Shown: in pieces, positions 40,333 through 49,467 of the stretch
How the letters are laid out: each line of letters starts with the position of its first letter
Position numbering within the stretch: position 1 is the stretch's first letter
NCBI GenBank assembly: GCA_964499705.1
Contig: CAZCME010000002.1
Span: 372,001 to 436,000 of the forward strand
Source of the DNA: an uncultured bacterium
GTDB lineage: Bacteria > UBA8481
Length of the DNA stretch: 64,000 nucleotides
Direction of reading: 5' to 3'
Position numbers and translations under genes: made by a program
Notes under the pieces: generated by a model
Databases searched by the model: none
The model's input: the letters and a program-made list of their open reading frames with translations, nothing else
Told to the model about the DNA's origin: nothing

Positions 40333-41034
40333 TCAGGACCTCAGGGCTTCCACACGGTCCTTGTGGAAGCGAAACGTGTCCCGCAGCATGGCTTTCTCGA
40401 AGAGAATGTCGAGCCCGGGATTCAGGCCCACGATCGAGATCTTCCCGCCCTGGCGCTCAAATCGGGCCTTGGCCGTGATGAGCGGCAGGATGTTCTGGTG
40501 CGCGAAGAAGACGACGTCCGAGAAGTCGATGACGAGATGCGTCTGGCCGATCGTGCAGATCGTTCCCATCACCTGATTGAATCGGGTGGCGAATCGGTGA
40601 TCGAGATTTCCCTTCAACGTCAGGATGATGTGGCCCGCCTGCCGGAAGACATTGATGTTCTGCTCGCCGCCCATGATCCGCTCGATCTTCTCGATGATAT
40701 CCTCCAGGGTGAACGGCTCTATCAATATGTTGTCGATGCCGAAGCCCGAAGCCTGCATCGCGAGCTGCTTCGTGGCCACCGGGGAGATGACGATGAATTT
40801 CAGGCTCGGCGCCGCCACCATGTCGGAAATGGTCTTGCAGATGGAGAGATCCTCCGCGAAAGGCAGGTCGTTATCGATGACGACCACCTGCGGTTTCGCG
40901 AGAGCGATCTGGCCGGCGATGTCTTCCTCCTTCGCCGCGTGATTGACCTTGTATCCCCTCTTGATGAGGTTGTACCGGATATTGTGAAAGAGATACTCAC
41001 GCGCGGTGATGAAGAGGATCTGTTCGTTGCTCAT
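40333..41034 (-). CDS. Atypical receiver + STAS domain protein
   Basis: Receiver-like (PQVVVID...EPF instead of KPF) then STAS (LKGNLD...LVIDFSDVVF...GGKISIVGLN). Confidence 0.75.
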   Translation of the reverse strand: MSNEQILFITAREYLFHNIRYNLIKRGYKVNHAAKEEDIAGQIALAKPQVVVIDNDLPFAEDLSICKTISDMVAAPSLKFIVISPVATKQLAMQASGFGIDNILIEPFTLEDIIEKIERIMGGEQNINVFRQAGHIILTLKGNLDHRFATRFNQVMGTICTIGQTHLVIDFSDVVFFAHQNILPLITAKARFERQGGKISIVGLNPGLDILFEKAMLRDTFRFHKDRVEALRS

Positions 41035-42509
41035 GACGCTTTCCCGGCCTCCGGCGCTTCCACGCGGGTCATTTCGTCCGCTTGCAGAAGGCGGATGCTC
41101 CGTTCGATGGGAGGAGCATCCACCATTTGCCGCGATGACGCAATCCCCAGCTCCGGAAATTTCCGGGCCGACGGCAGGACCATTCGCTCCAGCGAGCCGA
41201 TGGCGCTGTTGTAGCTCTCCGCAGCCCGTCCGATTCCCGCTCCGGCCCGGGCGAAATGCTCGAGAAAGACGCAGAGCCTCTCGTACAATTCACGACCGAG
41301 AGCGCTGATCTCCTCGGCGTTCTGCGTGAGCTGTTCCTGGCGCCAGCCGTACGCGACCGCCTTCAGCAGGGCGATCAGCGTCGTGGGCGATGCGAGCATG
41401 ATATCGCTCGAGACGCCGTGCTCCAGGAGCGTCGGATCGCTCTGCAGCGCCGCGCTGAAGAAGACCTCGCCCGGCAGAAACATCACCACGAATTCCGGCG
41501 ACTTATCGAACTGCTCCCAGTAGGCCTTCGCGGAGAGCTTGCCGATGTGGTCGCGCACCTGTCGGGCATGATCGAGCAGATGCAACTTCTTGGCATCCTC
41601 GTCCTGCGCCTCGTAGGCTCGGATATAAGCCTCGAGCGGACACTTGGCGTCGACAACAACCATCTGTCCGCCCGGCAGGCGAATGATCACGTCGGGGCGG
41701 AGCCTTCCCTCGTCGGTATCGACGGAGACCTGCTCCTCGAAATCGCAATGGTCGAGCATGCCTGCAAGCTCGACGACGCGCTTCAACTGGATTTCACCCC
41801 ACCGTCCGCGCACAGAGGGCGAGCGCAACGCGGTCACGAGATTCGCCGTTTCCGCCTGGAGCTTGATCTGCGATTCGTTCAGCGATTTGACCTGCGCCGA
41901 CAATCCGCCGTAGGCTTCCTTGCGGGCGTTCTCCAGCGCCTGGATCTGGAGATCGACCTTGTCGAGCGACTGCTTGACCGGATGAACGGCGGCCTCGATC
42001 GCTTTCTGCCGTTCCTTCAGATCCGCCTGGGCTTCCTTCTGATACTGCGTCAGGACCTCCCGGGCGACATTGAGAAAGGACTGGTTGTTGGCGCGGAGCG
42101 CTTCGGCGGAGAGGGCTTTGAAGGAATCGGAAAGCTTCGTTTCCGCCTCGCGCAGCAGCTTCATCTTCTCTTCGAGCGAGCGGCGTTCCTCATCCAGTTG
42201 TGTCCGCAGGATCGCGACCTGCGACTGGAGCTGAGACTTTTCGTTCAGAATCGACGTGGTAGTCGCATCGCGTTCGCGCAATGATTGCTCCAGGTCGGCG
42301 ACGCGCGCGCCCTTCTCCTCGGCGGCGGCGCGCCTGGAAGCCTCGGTATTCAACGCCGTGCGCGCTCCGGTCAGCTCAAGTTCACGGGCTTCAAGCGCCG
42401 TCTTCGCATCGAGCAATTGCGCGTCGCGCGCTTTCATGCGCTCGCGGAGAATGGCCCAGGCAAGAATCGAACCGGAGATGAAAGCCAGGAGAGGGATCAG
42501 ATATTCCAT
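41031..42509 (-). CDS. rmuC: DNA recombination protein RmuC
   Basis: N-terminal TM and coiled coil; RGRWGE, RPDVIIRLP, VDAK, EFVVMFLPGE, SPTTL. Confidence 0.95.
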   Translation of the reverse strand: MEYLIPLLAFISGSILAWAILRERMKARDAQLLDAKTALEARELELTGARTALNTEASRRAAAEEKGARVADLEQSLRERDATTTSILNEKSQLQSQVAILRTQLDEERRSLEEKMKLLREAETKLSDSFKALSAEALRANNQSFLNVAREVLTQYQKEAQADLKERQKAIEAAVHPVKQSLDKVDLQIQALENARKEAYGGLSAQVKSLNESQIKLQAETANLVTALRSPSVRGRWGEIQLKRVVELAGMLDHCDFEEQVSVDTDEGRLRPDVIIRLPGGQMVVVDAKCPLEAYIRAYEAQDEDAKKLHLLDHARQVRDHIGKLSAKAYWEQFDKSPEFVVMFLPGEVFFSAALQSDPTLLEHGVSSDIMLASPTTLIALLKAVAYGWRQEQLTQNAEEISALGRELYERLCVFLEHFARAGAGIGRAAESYNSAIGSLERMVLPSARKFPELGIASSRQMVDAPPIERSIRLLQADEMTRVEAPEAGKAS

Positions 42510-42579
42510 CGAAGCAAATATACAGCCAATTCAAGCTGATGTCAGCGAATCGAAACGGGAGCGCGTGCCGGACTGGACC

Positions 42580-42588
42580 TGTGGATAA
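42580..42588 (-). promoter_or_regulatory. Perfect DnaA box (TGTGGATAA on the + strand)
   Basis: Exact 9-mer in the divergent intergenic region upstream of rmuC. Confidence 0.4.
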
Positions 42589-42693
42589 ATCCGCCTTGTT
42601 CTGAAACCGGTCGCGATGGATACTGGAACCTGAGCATGTGAAATCGGACATGACAGCGTGCTAAGCGGGCGGGAGAACTCGAGGAATGTCCCG

Positions 42694-43344
42694 ATGCGCC
42701 GATTCCTTGTTTTCGTCGCGTGGATGGGCTGCCTCGCTATTCTCAGCGAGCAGCCCGCCATGGCCCATGCGAAGAAGATGGATACCGAGCCGCTTCCGCC
42801 AGTCATCGACACTTCCGGGCAGGCTCCGGGAGATTCGCCGGCGGTGGCGGTGGCGGAGGCGGTGGTGGCCGAGGCGGAGCACCACGTCGAGCACGAGCTG
42901 ACGGGCTTGGAAGGTGTATTGGCCTGGTTCGGCCGGTTCCATCCCCTCCTCGTGCACTTTCCGATCGCCCTGCTTACGGCGTCGCTGATCGCGGAACTGC
43001 TCTTTCTCCGCTCGGCGCGCCCTCTCTTCGATGATGCGGGACGATTCCTGACGCACCTGGCCTCGATCGCTTCACCTCCCGCGGCACTGCTCGGTATTTT
43101 CTTCTCCTGGTCGGTGGACTACGGCGTGGAACTGGCTCAATATCTCTGGGCGCACAGGCTCTTCGGCATTCTCGCCGCGCTCCTTTGTGTCATCGCGTCC
43201 ATCTTGCGTGAGACCATAGCCTTGAAGCACGCGGAAGGGCGCGCGCTGTACAGATTGTCCCTGGCCGCAGCCACGATATGCGTGCTCCTGGCGGGCTATC
43301 TCGGAGCCTGCCTCACATGGGGACCGGCTCACCTGATGCCCTGA
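42694..43344 (+). CDS. DUF2231-like membrane protein
   Basis: GRFHPLLVHFPIALL, conserved H in WAHR, GYLG; signal-like N-terminus. Confidence 0.8.
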   Translation: MRRFLVFVAWMGCLAILSEQPAMAHAKKMDTEPLPPVIDTSGQAPGDSPAVAVAEAVVAEAEHHVEHELTGLEGVLAWFGRFHPLLVHFPIALLTASLIAELLFLRSARPLFDDAGRFLTHLASIASPPAALLGIFFSWSVDYGVELAQYLWAHRLFGILAALLCVIASILRETIALKHAEGRALYRLSLAAATICVLLAGYLGACLTWGPAHLMP

Positions 43345-43439
43345 CGGGTTAAAATATTCCGGCATTTTCCGGTTCGAATGGCTATAAATAAGACAGGCCC
43401 GCCACGAGGGCCGATCAAATCGAGGGGGAGGACGAGCTG

Positions 43440-44897
43440 GTGAGGGGGATTTGCCGGTCGCTTTTACTGGTATTGATTTGTTGTCATGCGCACGCGGAAG
43501 CCGGACCTTTGCGCGCGCATTATTTCCAACTGGCCGCCGACGCGATGATTCTTCACGGCGACAAGGCCTGCGCGGAAATGCTCCTGGAACTCGGCGCCGG
43601 CCGATCCGAGGTCCCGCCTGAAATTACGCCGGAGGATATCGATGCGCCGCGCGACTATGTCGAGCGCTACGCGGAATTCCGGCGGCGGCTCCGCCAGGCG
43701 ATCCTCCGGCCCGCGCATTCCCCGGAAAACCAATGGCGCGTCGATCGCGCGGAAGCGGATCTGCATGTCGTCGCGCACGAGCTGCGGCAGGGTCGGCAGG
43801 CCAGCTCCGCGATTCTCCAGCGCTTCCTCTCGGATGCCGCCTATGCCCTCGATCACCAGATCGTTCCCGATATCGATCAGGTTCTTTTCGTGGAAGAACG
43901 CGCGCTGGCCGTCGTGCCCGCGCCGGAACGCACCGTCATCGAGGTCGCTCCGAAGATAATCCCGCCACCCCCGCAACCTCTCCCCTATGTTCCCGAAGCC
44001 CCCGACGCCGTGATGACTGTGACGCCGTCCCGCATCGAGCTCGGAGAAGCCGCTGTCGTCCGATGGTCAACGGCACGAGCAACGTCCGCAACCCTCAACG
44101 GAAATCCCGTCGCTCTGACCGGCGAGATGATCGTCGCCCCGCAGAAGTCGACGTCCTACGATCTCGTGGCACGTGGTCCCGGCGGAAAGACCATGGCCCT
44201 GGCCACGCTCCGCGTTACCGTGGTCCCGCCGACGGCGCGGGTCAGTGTGAATCCCGCAACGATCACCCGGGATCGTTGCGCCACGCTGACCTGGAATTCA
44301 TCCGGCGCCACCCATTTAACCATCAACGCGATATCGGAACCTCTCGACGGCGCGCGAGAGGAATGTCCCGACCTCTCGACGACGTACGAGATGGTCGCGT
44401 CGGGCCCGGGCGGCCGCACCACGACCTGGGCTCATCTGAAAGTGCGGCCGCCTCCTCTCCCCTCTTATCCCTCGACGCTCGTGGAATGGGAGGCTCCCCC
44501 GGAAAAGAGTCCGATGACGCCGCTGGATATTTTCATGACCACGGAGCCCCGGCAGCAGCTGAGGATCCACTTCGACTTCGACCGGTCCGTCATCCGTTCC
44601 GACGCGCTCGATACGCTCCTGCTGGCCGCGAACATGTTGCGGGAGGATCCGCAACTGGAATTCATCATCGAGGGGCACTGCGATCACCTGGGGAGCGAAG
44701 TTTACAACATCGAGCTCGGCATGCGCCGCGCGGAATCCGTGCGGGAATTCTTCGTCGAGCGTTTCGGATTCAGTCCGGCGCGCTTCGTCCTCGTGACACG
44801 CGGCGAGGCGAAACCGATCGCGCCGAATACTTTACCAGACGGAGCGGACAATCCCGAGGGCAGAGCCTGGAACAGGAGAGCGGAATTCGTCCGGTGA
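43440..44897 (+). CDS. Secreted OmpA/Pal-like peptidoglycan-binding protein with two Ig-like repeats
   Basis: Signal peptide; two ~66-aa repeats ending ST.Y..VA.GPGG; IHFDFD, IEGHCD..GS..YN..LG.RRA, NRRAEF. Confidence 0.9.
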   Translation: MRGICRSLLLVLICCHAHAEAGPLRAHYFQLAADAMILHGDKACAEMLLELGAGRSEVPPEITPEDIDAPRDYVERYAEFRRRLRQAILRPAHSPENQWRVDRAEADLHVVAHELRQGRQASSAILQRFLSDAAYALDHQIVPDIDQVLFVEERALAVVPAPERTVIEVAPKIIPPPPQPLPYVPEAPDAVMTVTPSRIELGEAAVVRWSTARATSATLNGNPVALTGEMIVAPQKSTSYDLVARGPGGKTMALATLRVTVVPPTARVSVNPATITRDRCATLTWNSSGATHLTINAISEPLDGAREECPDLSTTYEMVASGPGGRTTTWAHLKVRPPPLPSYPSTLVEWEAPPEKSPMTPLDIFMTTEPRQQLRIHFDFDRSVIRSDALDTLLLAANMLREDPQLEFIIEGHCDHLGSEVYNIELGMRRAESVREFFVERFGFSPARFVLVTRGEAKPIAPNTLPDGADNPEGRAWNRRAEFVR

Positions 44898-44914
44898 GAT
44901 CCGCAGAATTCCAA

Positions 44915-45334
44915 CTACCTCTTCGCGTGAACGCTCACGATCGCCTCATACACCTTCTGCCGTTGGAACGGCTTCACGATGAAGTGTTTCGCGCCTTTCA
45001 GGATCGCGGTCTTGACGACTTCGCCGCTTCCCAGGGCGCTGATCATGATGATCCTCACCTTCGGGTTCATCTCGCGCAATTTATCCAGGCACGTCAGGCC
45101 GTCCATGTTCGGCATCGTGATATCCAGGGTCACGATATCGATCTGATCGGCCAGGCCCTGGTACTTATGCAGAGCCTCGAGGCCGTCGTGAGCGAAATCG
45201 ACGACTTCACCGCCGAAGGAGGTGATGATCTGCCGGAGGCTTTTCAGCATGAACTCGGAATCGTCCACGCAGAGAAAGCGGATCGGTGCGCCGTCCTCCC
45301 GCATGGGCAATGCCAGTGCGGAACCCTGTTCCAT
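44915..45334 (-). CDS. cheY: CheY-like response regulator
   Basis: VDDS, LDITMP, ISALG, IVKPF; last gene of the che cluster. Confidence 0.85.
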   Translation of the reverse strand: MEQGSALALPMREDGAPIRFLCVDDSEFMLKSLRQIITSFGGEVVDFAHDGLEALHKYQGLADQIDIVTLDITMPNMDGLTCLDKLREMNPKVRIIMISALGSGEVVKTAILKGAKHFIVKPFQRQKVYEAIVSVHAKR

Positions 45335-45338
45335 GATC

Positions 45339-45857
45339 CTACCTCCTCGCTACGCCGGCCAGGGATGCGCCGGCCAAGGCTGTCTGTTCTTCCATGTTCA
45401 GGATCTTCTCAACGTCCAGCAGCAGGAGCAAGCCTTTTTCGTCCTCGGACGCGGGGGCGACGCCGGCCAGAAATTCCCTTCCTTCCATGGGGATGTCTTG
45501 CGGCAGAGGACGAATCGCGCGGCTCGGAAACCGGCGCACAGCCAGCACCGCATCCACGAGAAATCCGATGGTTCGCCCCGACATCGTGACGACGACGGCA
45601 CGGCACTCCGCGTGAATTTCCGCCTTCAACCCGAATCGCGTCCGCAGATCGACGATCGGGATCACCTGGCCTCTCAGCCTGATGATGCCCTCGATGAAGC
45701 CGGGCATGCCCGGGAGGCGCGTCACCTCGGGCGGCAGGAGCACCTCGCGGACTTTCTCGACCGGGACGCCGTAATGCCCGGTGCCGATGACGCAGACAAC
45801 GACGACGGTCTCCGCGTTTTCTGCTGACTTGCTGATTCGATTCGTGACCGCGCTCAT
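45339..45857 (-). CDS. cheW: Chemotaxis adaptor CheW
   Basis: YGVPV..VREV, GIIRLRGQVIPIVDLR, GFLVDAV; ATGA overlap with cheB. Confidence 0.92.
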   Translation of the reverse strand: MSAVTNRISKSAENAETVVVVCVIGTGHYGVPVEKVREVLLPPEVTRLPGMPGFIEGIIRLRGQVIPIVDLRTRFGLKAEIHAECRAVVVTMSGRTIGFLVDAVLAVRRFPSRAIRPLPQDIPMEGREFLAGVAPASEDEKGLLLLLDVEKILNMEEQTALAGASLAGVARR

Positions 45858-46924
45858 GCCGTTCGCGCCTCCTCGCGTTTCATACTCCTGCTTTTCAATC
45901 CCGCGATATACCGGCCGATCTGCTCCGGAGTTCCGTCCCACTGCGACAATCCCGCCTCCGCGACGGTTCGCGGCATGCCGTACACGACGCAGGAATCCTT
46001 CGACTGCGTGATGACGGTGCCGCCGCAGCCGCGGACCAGCTTCGCTCCATCGGCGCCGTCACTTCCCATTCCGGTCAGGACAACGGCCAGCGTCCTGTCG
46101 CCGCAGAGCTCCGCCGCGGACCGGAAGAGCAGATCGGCGGACGGACGGACGCAGGCCGCTGTCATGGTGCCGGTCAGGCGGACACGCCATGATGCCGTGA
46201 CTTCGATGTTCAGATCCCCCGGCGCGATCAGGACGCTCGATCCGTCGATCGTCTCCATCGGCTTCGCCTGCTTGACCGGAACGGCGCAATTCTCGTTGAG
46301 ATGCTGGGCCAGGTGCTCGCCCCAGCCCGGAGGAATATGCTGCGCGATGAGGATCGGGATCGGGAATGCTGCAGGAATTGCTCCCAGGACGCGAGCCAGC
46401 GTCGCGGGGCCGCCGGTCGAGACGCCGATGGCGATGATCCGAAAGCCGTCCACCGGAGGTTTGGGGCCGGGAACCGTGGATGTCGACGTCGACTTCTGCG
46501 ATGCCTCCACCCGCCGGGCTTCCGCGGAGGGCTGGAGCTTTGCGGAGAGAACCGTCTTGATCTTGGAGGCGAGATCCACCTCGATCGGATGCAGCGCCGC
46601 TCCGTCGGGCTTCTTGATGAAATCGACGGCTCCCGCCCCGAGCGCTCGAAACGTCTCGCGGGCTCCTTTTTCGGCAACGGAAGAAACGACGAGAATGCGC
46701 GACGGATGGTTCTTCATGATCAGGCGCGTCGCCTCATACCCGTCCATTCCATCCATGATGAGGTCCATGAGAATCAGGTCGGGATTCAGTTCGGAGTTCA
46801 ACCTCACCGCCTCCGCGCCGTCCCTCGCCTCGCCCACGACATTGTGCCCGAGCTGCTCCACGATACGTCTCAGGGAAGACCGAGCGAAATGGGAGTCGTC
46901 GACGATGAGAATCTTCGCCATCAT
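45854..46924 (-). CDS. cheB: Chemotaxis methylesterase with receiver domain
   Basis: Receiver then GVSTGGP, AQHIP, RPSAD, LTGMGSDG, VVYGMP. Confidence 0.95.
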   Translation of the reverse strand: MMAKILIVDDSHFARSSLRRIVEQLGHNVVGEARDGAEAVRLNSELNPDLILMDLIMDGMDGYEATRLIMKNHPSRILVVSSVAEKGARETFRALGAGAVDFIKKPDGAALHPIEVDLASKIKTVLSAKLQPSAEARRVEASQKSTSTSTVPGPKPPVDGFRIIAIGVSTGGPATLARVLGAIPAAFPIPILIAQHIPPGWGEHLAQHLNENCAVPVKQAKPMETIDGSSVLIAPGDLNIEVTASWRVRLTGTMTAACVRPSADLLFRSAAELCGDRTLAVVLTGMGSDGADGAKLVRGCGGTVITQSKDSCVVYGMPRTVAEAGLSQWDGTPEQIGRYIAGLKSRSMKREEARTA

Positions 46925-49467
46925 GTCACCGCTGCGCCGCGGCGCTCGGAGGTGCGCCCTTCGACAGGGCGCCTGAGAAGCCGATCGATGACGGCAAGAT
47001 ACATCGTTTCATCCACCGGCTTCGCCAGGTATTCGTCGAAGCCGGACTCGAATCCCTTGATCCGGTCGAGCTTGTCGCTTTTCGAAGAGAGCGCGATGAT
47101 CGGGAGCGTTTCGAAGCGCGCTTCGGCTCTCAATTTGCGGGAAAGCTCATACCCGTCCATGCGGGGCATCATGATATCCGTGGAGATGAGATCGAAGGAT
47201 TGCTTCTGAAGAATCTGCAGGGCTTCCACTCCGTCTTCGGCGACAACCGCGGAATATCCGGCTTTTTTAAGGATCGTGACGAGCTGCCGCGACATCGTCT
47301 GAGAATCCTCCACGACGAGAATCCTCACGCGCCGCGCTGACGATTCGATCTCCGCTTCCTTTCCCTTGGATGCATGCTTGACGCTCCGGCGGCTGGCTTC
47401 CCGCACGATCGGCACCGGATCCAGGACCGGCACAATCCGGCCGTCGCCGAGGATAGTGGCGCCTGAAACGAACGGGGCTCTCGCCATGAGAGCGCCCAGG
47501 GGTTTTAACACGGCCTGGCTCCGTTCGAGAAATCCGTCGACGTTCAGAGCGACAGCCTCCCCCATCACCTCGACGACCACGCAATGCAGGTGCCCCTCCT
47601 CACGGGAGTCGATACCGAGCACCTCGCCGAGCGAGATGACGGGGAGATACGAACCGCGCACGGAAATGACGGGCCGGTCTCCCGCGCGCTCCACGTCGGA
47701 TTCCGAGAGGCGGAGCGTTTCGCGGATGACGTAGAGCGGAAACGCGACAATGTCCCGGCCGACGCTGACGATGAGGAGATCGATGAGCGCGAGCGTGAGC
47801 GGAAGGAAGAGGCTGATGCGCGAACCCTGTCCGACGACGGATTCGACCTCCACGGATCCCTTCAGCCGCTCGATCACGTCGCGGACGACGTCCATTCCGA
47901 CGCCCCGCCCGGAGAGATCGGACACTTTTTCAGCGGTCGAGAATCCGGGGCGGAAGATCAGCATGAGCTTCTCGCGCTCCTCCAGCCGGTTCAATTCCTC
48001 GGCGGTGATCACGCCCTTCTGCAGAGCCAGAGCGCCGAGTTTCCCGGGATCCATTCCCTTGCCGTCATCCGCGATCTCGATGACCACGCGGTCGCCGCGA
48101 TAGGAGGCCGAGAGGTTCAGGCGCCCCGCGGCGTCCTTGCCCTGGTCGACCCGCGCATCCGGAGACTCGATGCCGTGGTCGATGGCGTTGCGGAGAAGAT
48201 GGATGAGGGGATCGACGATCGCTTCGCAGATGCTCTTGTCGATCTCGACATCCGCGCCATGAACGATGAAGTCAATTTCCTTGCCGACCTTGCGGGCCGT
48301 CTCGCGGACAACGCGCGGGAACCGGTCGAAGACCGTGCCGACGGGCGCGAGACGAAGCGCCATGACGCGCTCCTGGAGCGCGGAATGAGATCGCGTGTAT
48401 TCCTCGAGCGCCGCGCAGAGCGCTTCATAGGATTCCACGACCCGGGCTTTCCAGAGCGAGGGATCGGACTTGGAGGAGATCATGAGGCCCATGTGATTGA
48501 GGCGCGACTCGATCCTGATCTTTCCGATGACGACCTGCCCCATCCGATCGAAGACCTCGTCCAGTTTTTCCTGGTTGATGCGGATGCTCGCGGACTCCTT
48601 CCGCGCCGTGCCCTTCGCGCCCTGGGATGATTCCGGAGCCGGCTGAACAGGCGCGGAAGCAAGCGGCGGTGATTTCTCCACCACGGTTTCCCGGACGGCG
48701 GCAGGCGCGACTTCCAGTTTCACTGTGACGGACTCGCCGGCTGTTGACCGCCGCAACTCCTCGATCATGCTGTCGACTTCGATCTCCGTATTCTGGCGGT
48801 TTTCCATGCGCACGACGCAGTCACTCATGATGTCCTTGGACTTCAGCAACGCTTCTTCCAGGAGCACCGTCGGAGCGATTTCGCCGCCGCGGATCTTCTC
48901 GAGGATCTCCTCGGCGGAATGAGCGAGCCGGTTCATGGCCTGCATTCCCACCATGCCGCTGGAACCTTTCAGCGTGTGCATGACGCGAAAGAGCCTTTCG
49001 ACGGACTGGGGGTTCTGCTGCAGGGAGATGACGCATTCCTCGATCTGTTGAAGGAGCTCCGACGCTTCCGATATGAAGGCCTCTCGGATCTCCTCGTCGA
49101 TCTCGATTCCCTGCTGCTCGGGAACTTCCGCCATCGCCAGTTCCGGCCGGAAGAGTTCGAACCGGTCGATGACCGAGGAGACGACGGATTCCACGAGCGG
49201 GGAATTGGTAAGAAGCGCATTCCGGACCTCGTCGATGCCGTCGAAAAAGACCGTGCGGAGCGCGTCGGAGGTTCCGCCGTCCATCTGGATGGCCCGCGCC
49301 ATGTCCTTCGCCGCGATCTTCCAGGCATCCCACAGGCCGCCGGGCGAAGGCGCCGCATTCAGGATGGCCGTGCATTTCTCGACGAATGCCGGAGGAATCG
49401 TGCCGGATATTTTCGTCTCGGAAAGCCACGCTTCCAGGCGTTCGACGGTCTCCAGGAGTGCTTTCAC
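46921..49467 (-). CDS. cheA: Hybrid chemotaxis histidine kinase CheA with C-terminal receiver
   Basis: Hpt FRVMHTLKGSSG; HLLRNAIDHGIE, DDGKG, GFSTA..VSDLSGRGVGMD; P5 domain; C-terminal receiver (TDIMMP, KP). Confidence 0.95.
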   Translation of the reverse strand: MKALLETVERLEAWLSETKISGTIPPAFVEKCTAILNAAPSPGGLWDAWKIAAKDMARAIQMDGGTSDALRTVFFDGIDEVRNALLTNSPLVESVVSSVIDRFELFRPELAMAEVPEQQGIEIDEEIREAFISEASELLQQIEECVISLQQNPQSVERLFRVMHTLKGSSGMVGMQAMNRLAHSAEEILEKIRGGEIAPTVLLEEALLKSKDIMSDCVVRMENRQNTEIEVDSMIEELRRSTAGESVTVKLEVAPAAVRETVVEKSPPLASAPVQPAPESSQGAKGTARKESASIRINQEKLDEVFDRMGQVVIGKIRIESRLNHMGLMISSKSDPSLWKARVVESYEALCAALEEYTRSHSALQERVMALRLAPVGTVFDRFPRVVRETARKVGKEIDFIVHGADVEIDKSICEAIVDPLIHLLRNAIDHGIESPDARVDQGKDAAGRLNLSASYRGDRVVIEIADDGKGMDPGKLGALALQKGVITAEELNRLEEREKLMLIFRPGFSTAEKVSDLSGRGVGMDVVRDVIERLKGSVEVESVVGQGSRISLFLPLTLALIDLLIVSVGRDIVAFPLYVIRETLRLSESDVERAGDRPVISVRGSYLPVISLGEVLGIDSREEGHLHCVVVEVMGEAVALNVDGFLERSQAVLKPLGALMARAPFVSGATILGDGRIVPVLDPVPIVREASRRSVKHASKGKEAEIESSARRVRILVVEDSQTMSRQLVTILKKAGYSAVVAEDGVEALQILQKQSFDLISTDIMMPRMDGYELSRKLRAEARFETLPIIALSSKSDKLDRIKGFESGFDEYLAKPVDETMYLAVIDRLLRRPVEGRTSERRGAAVT

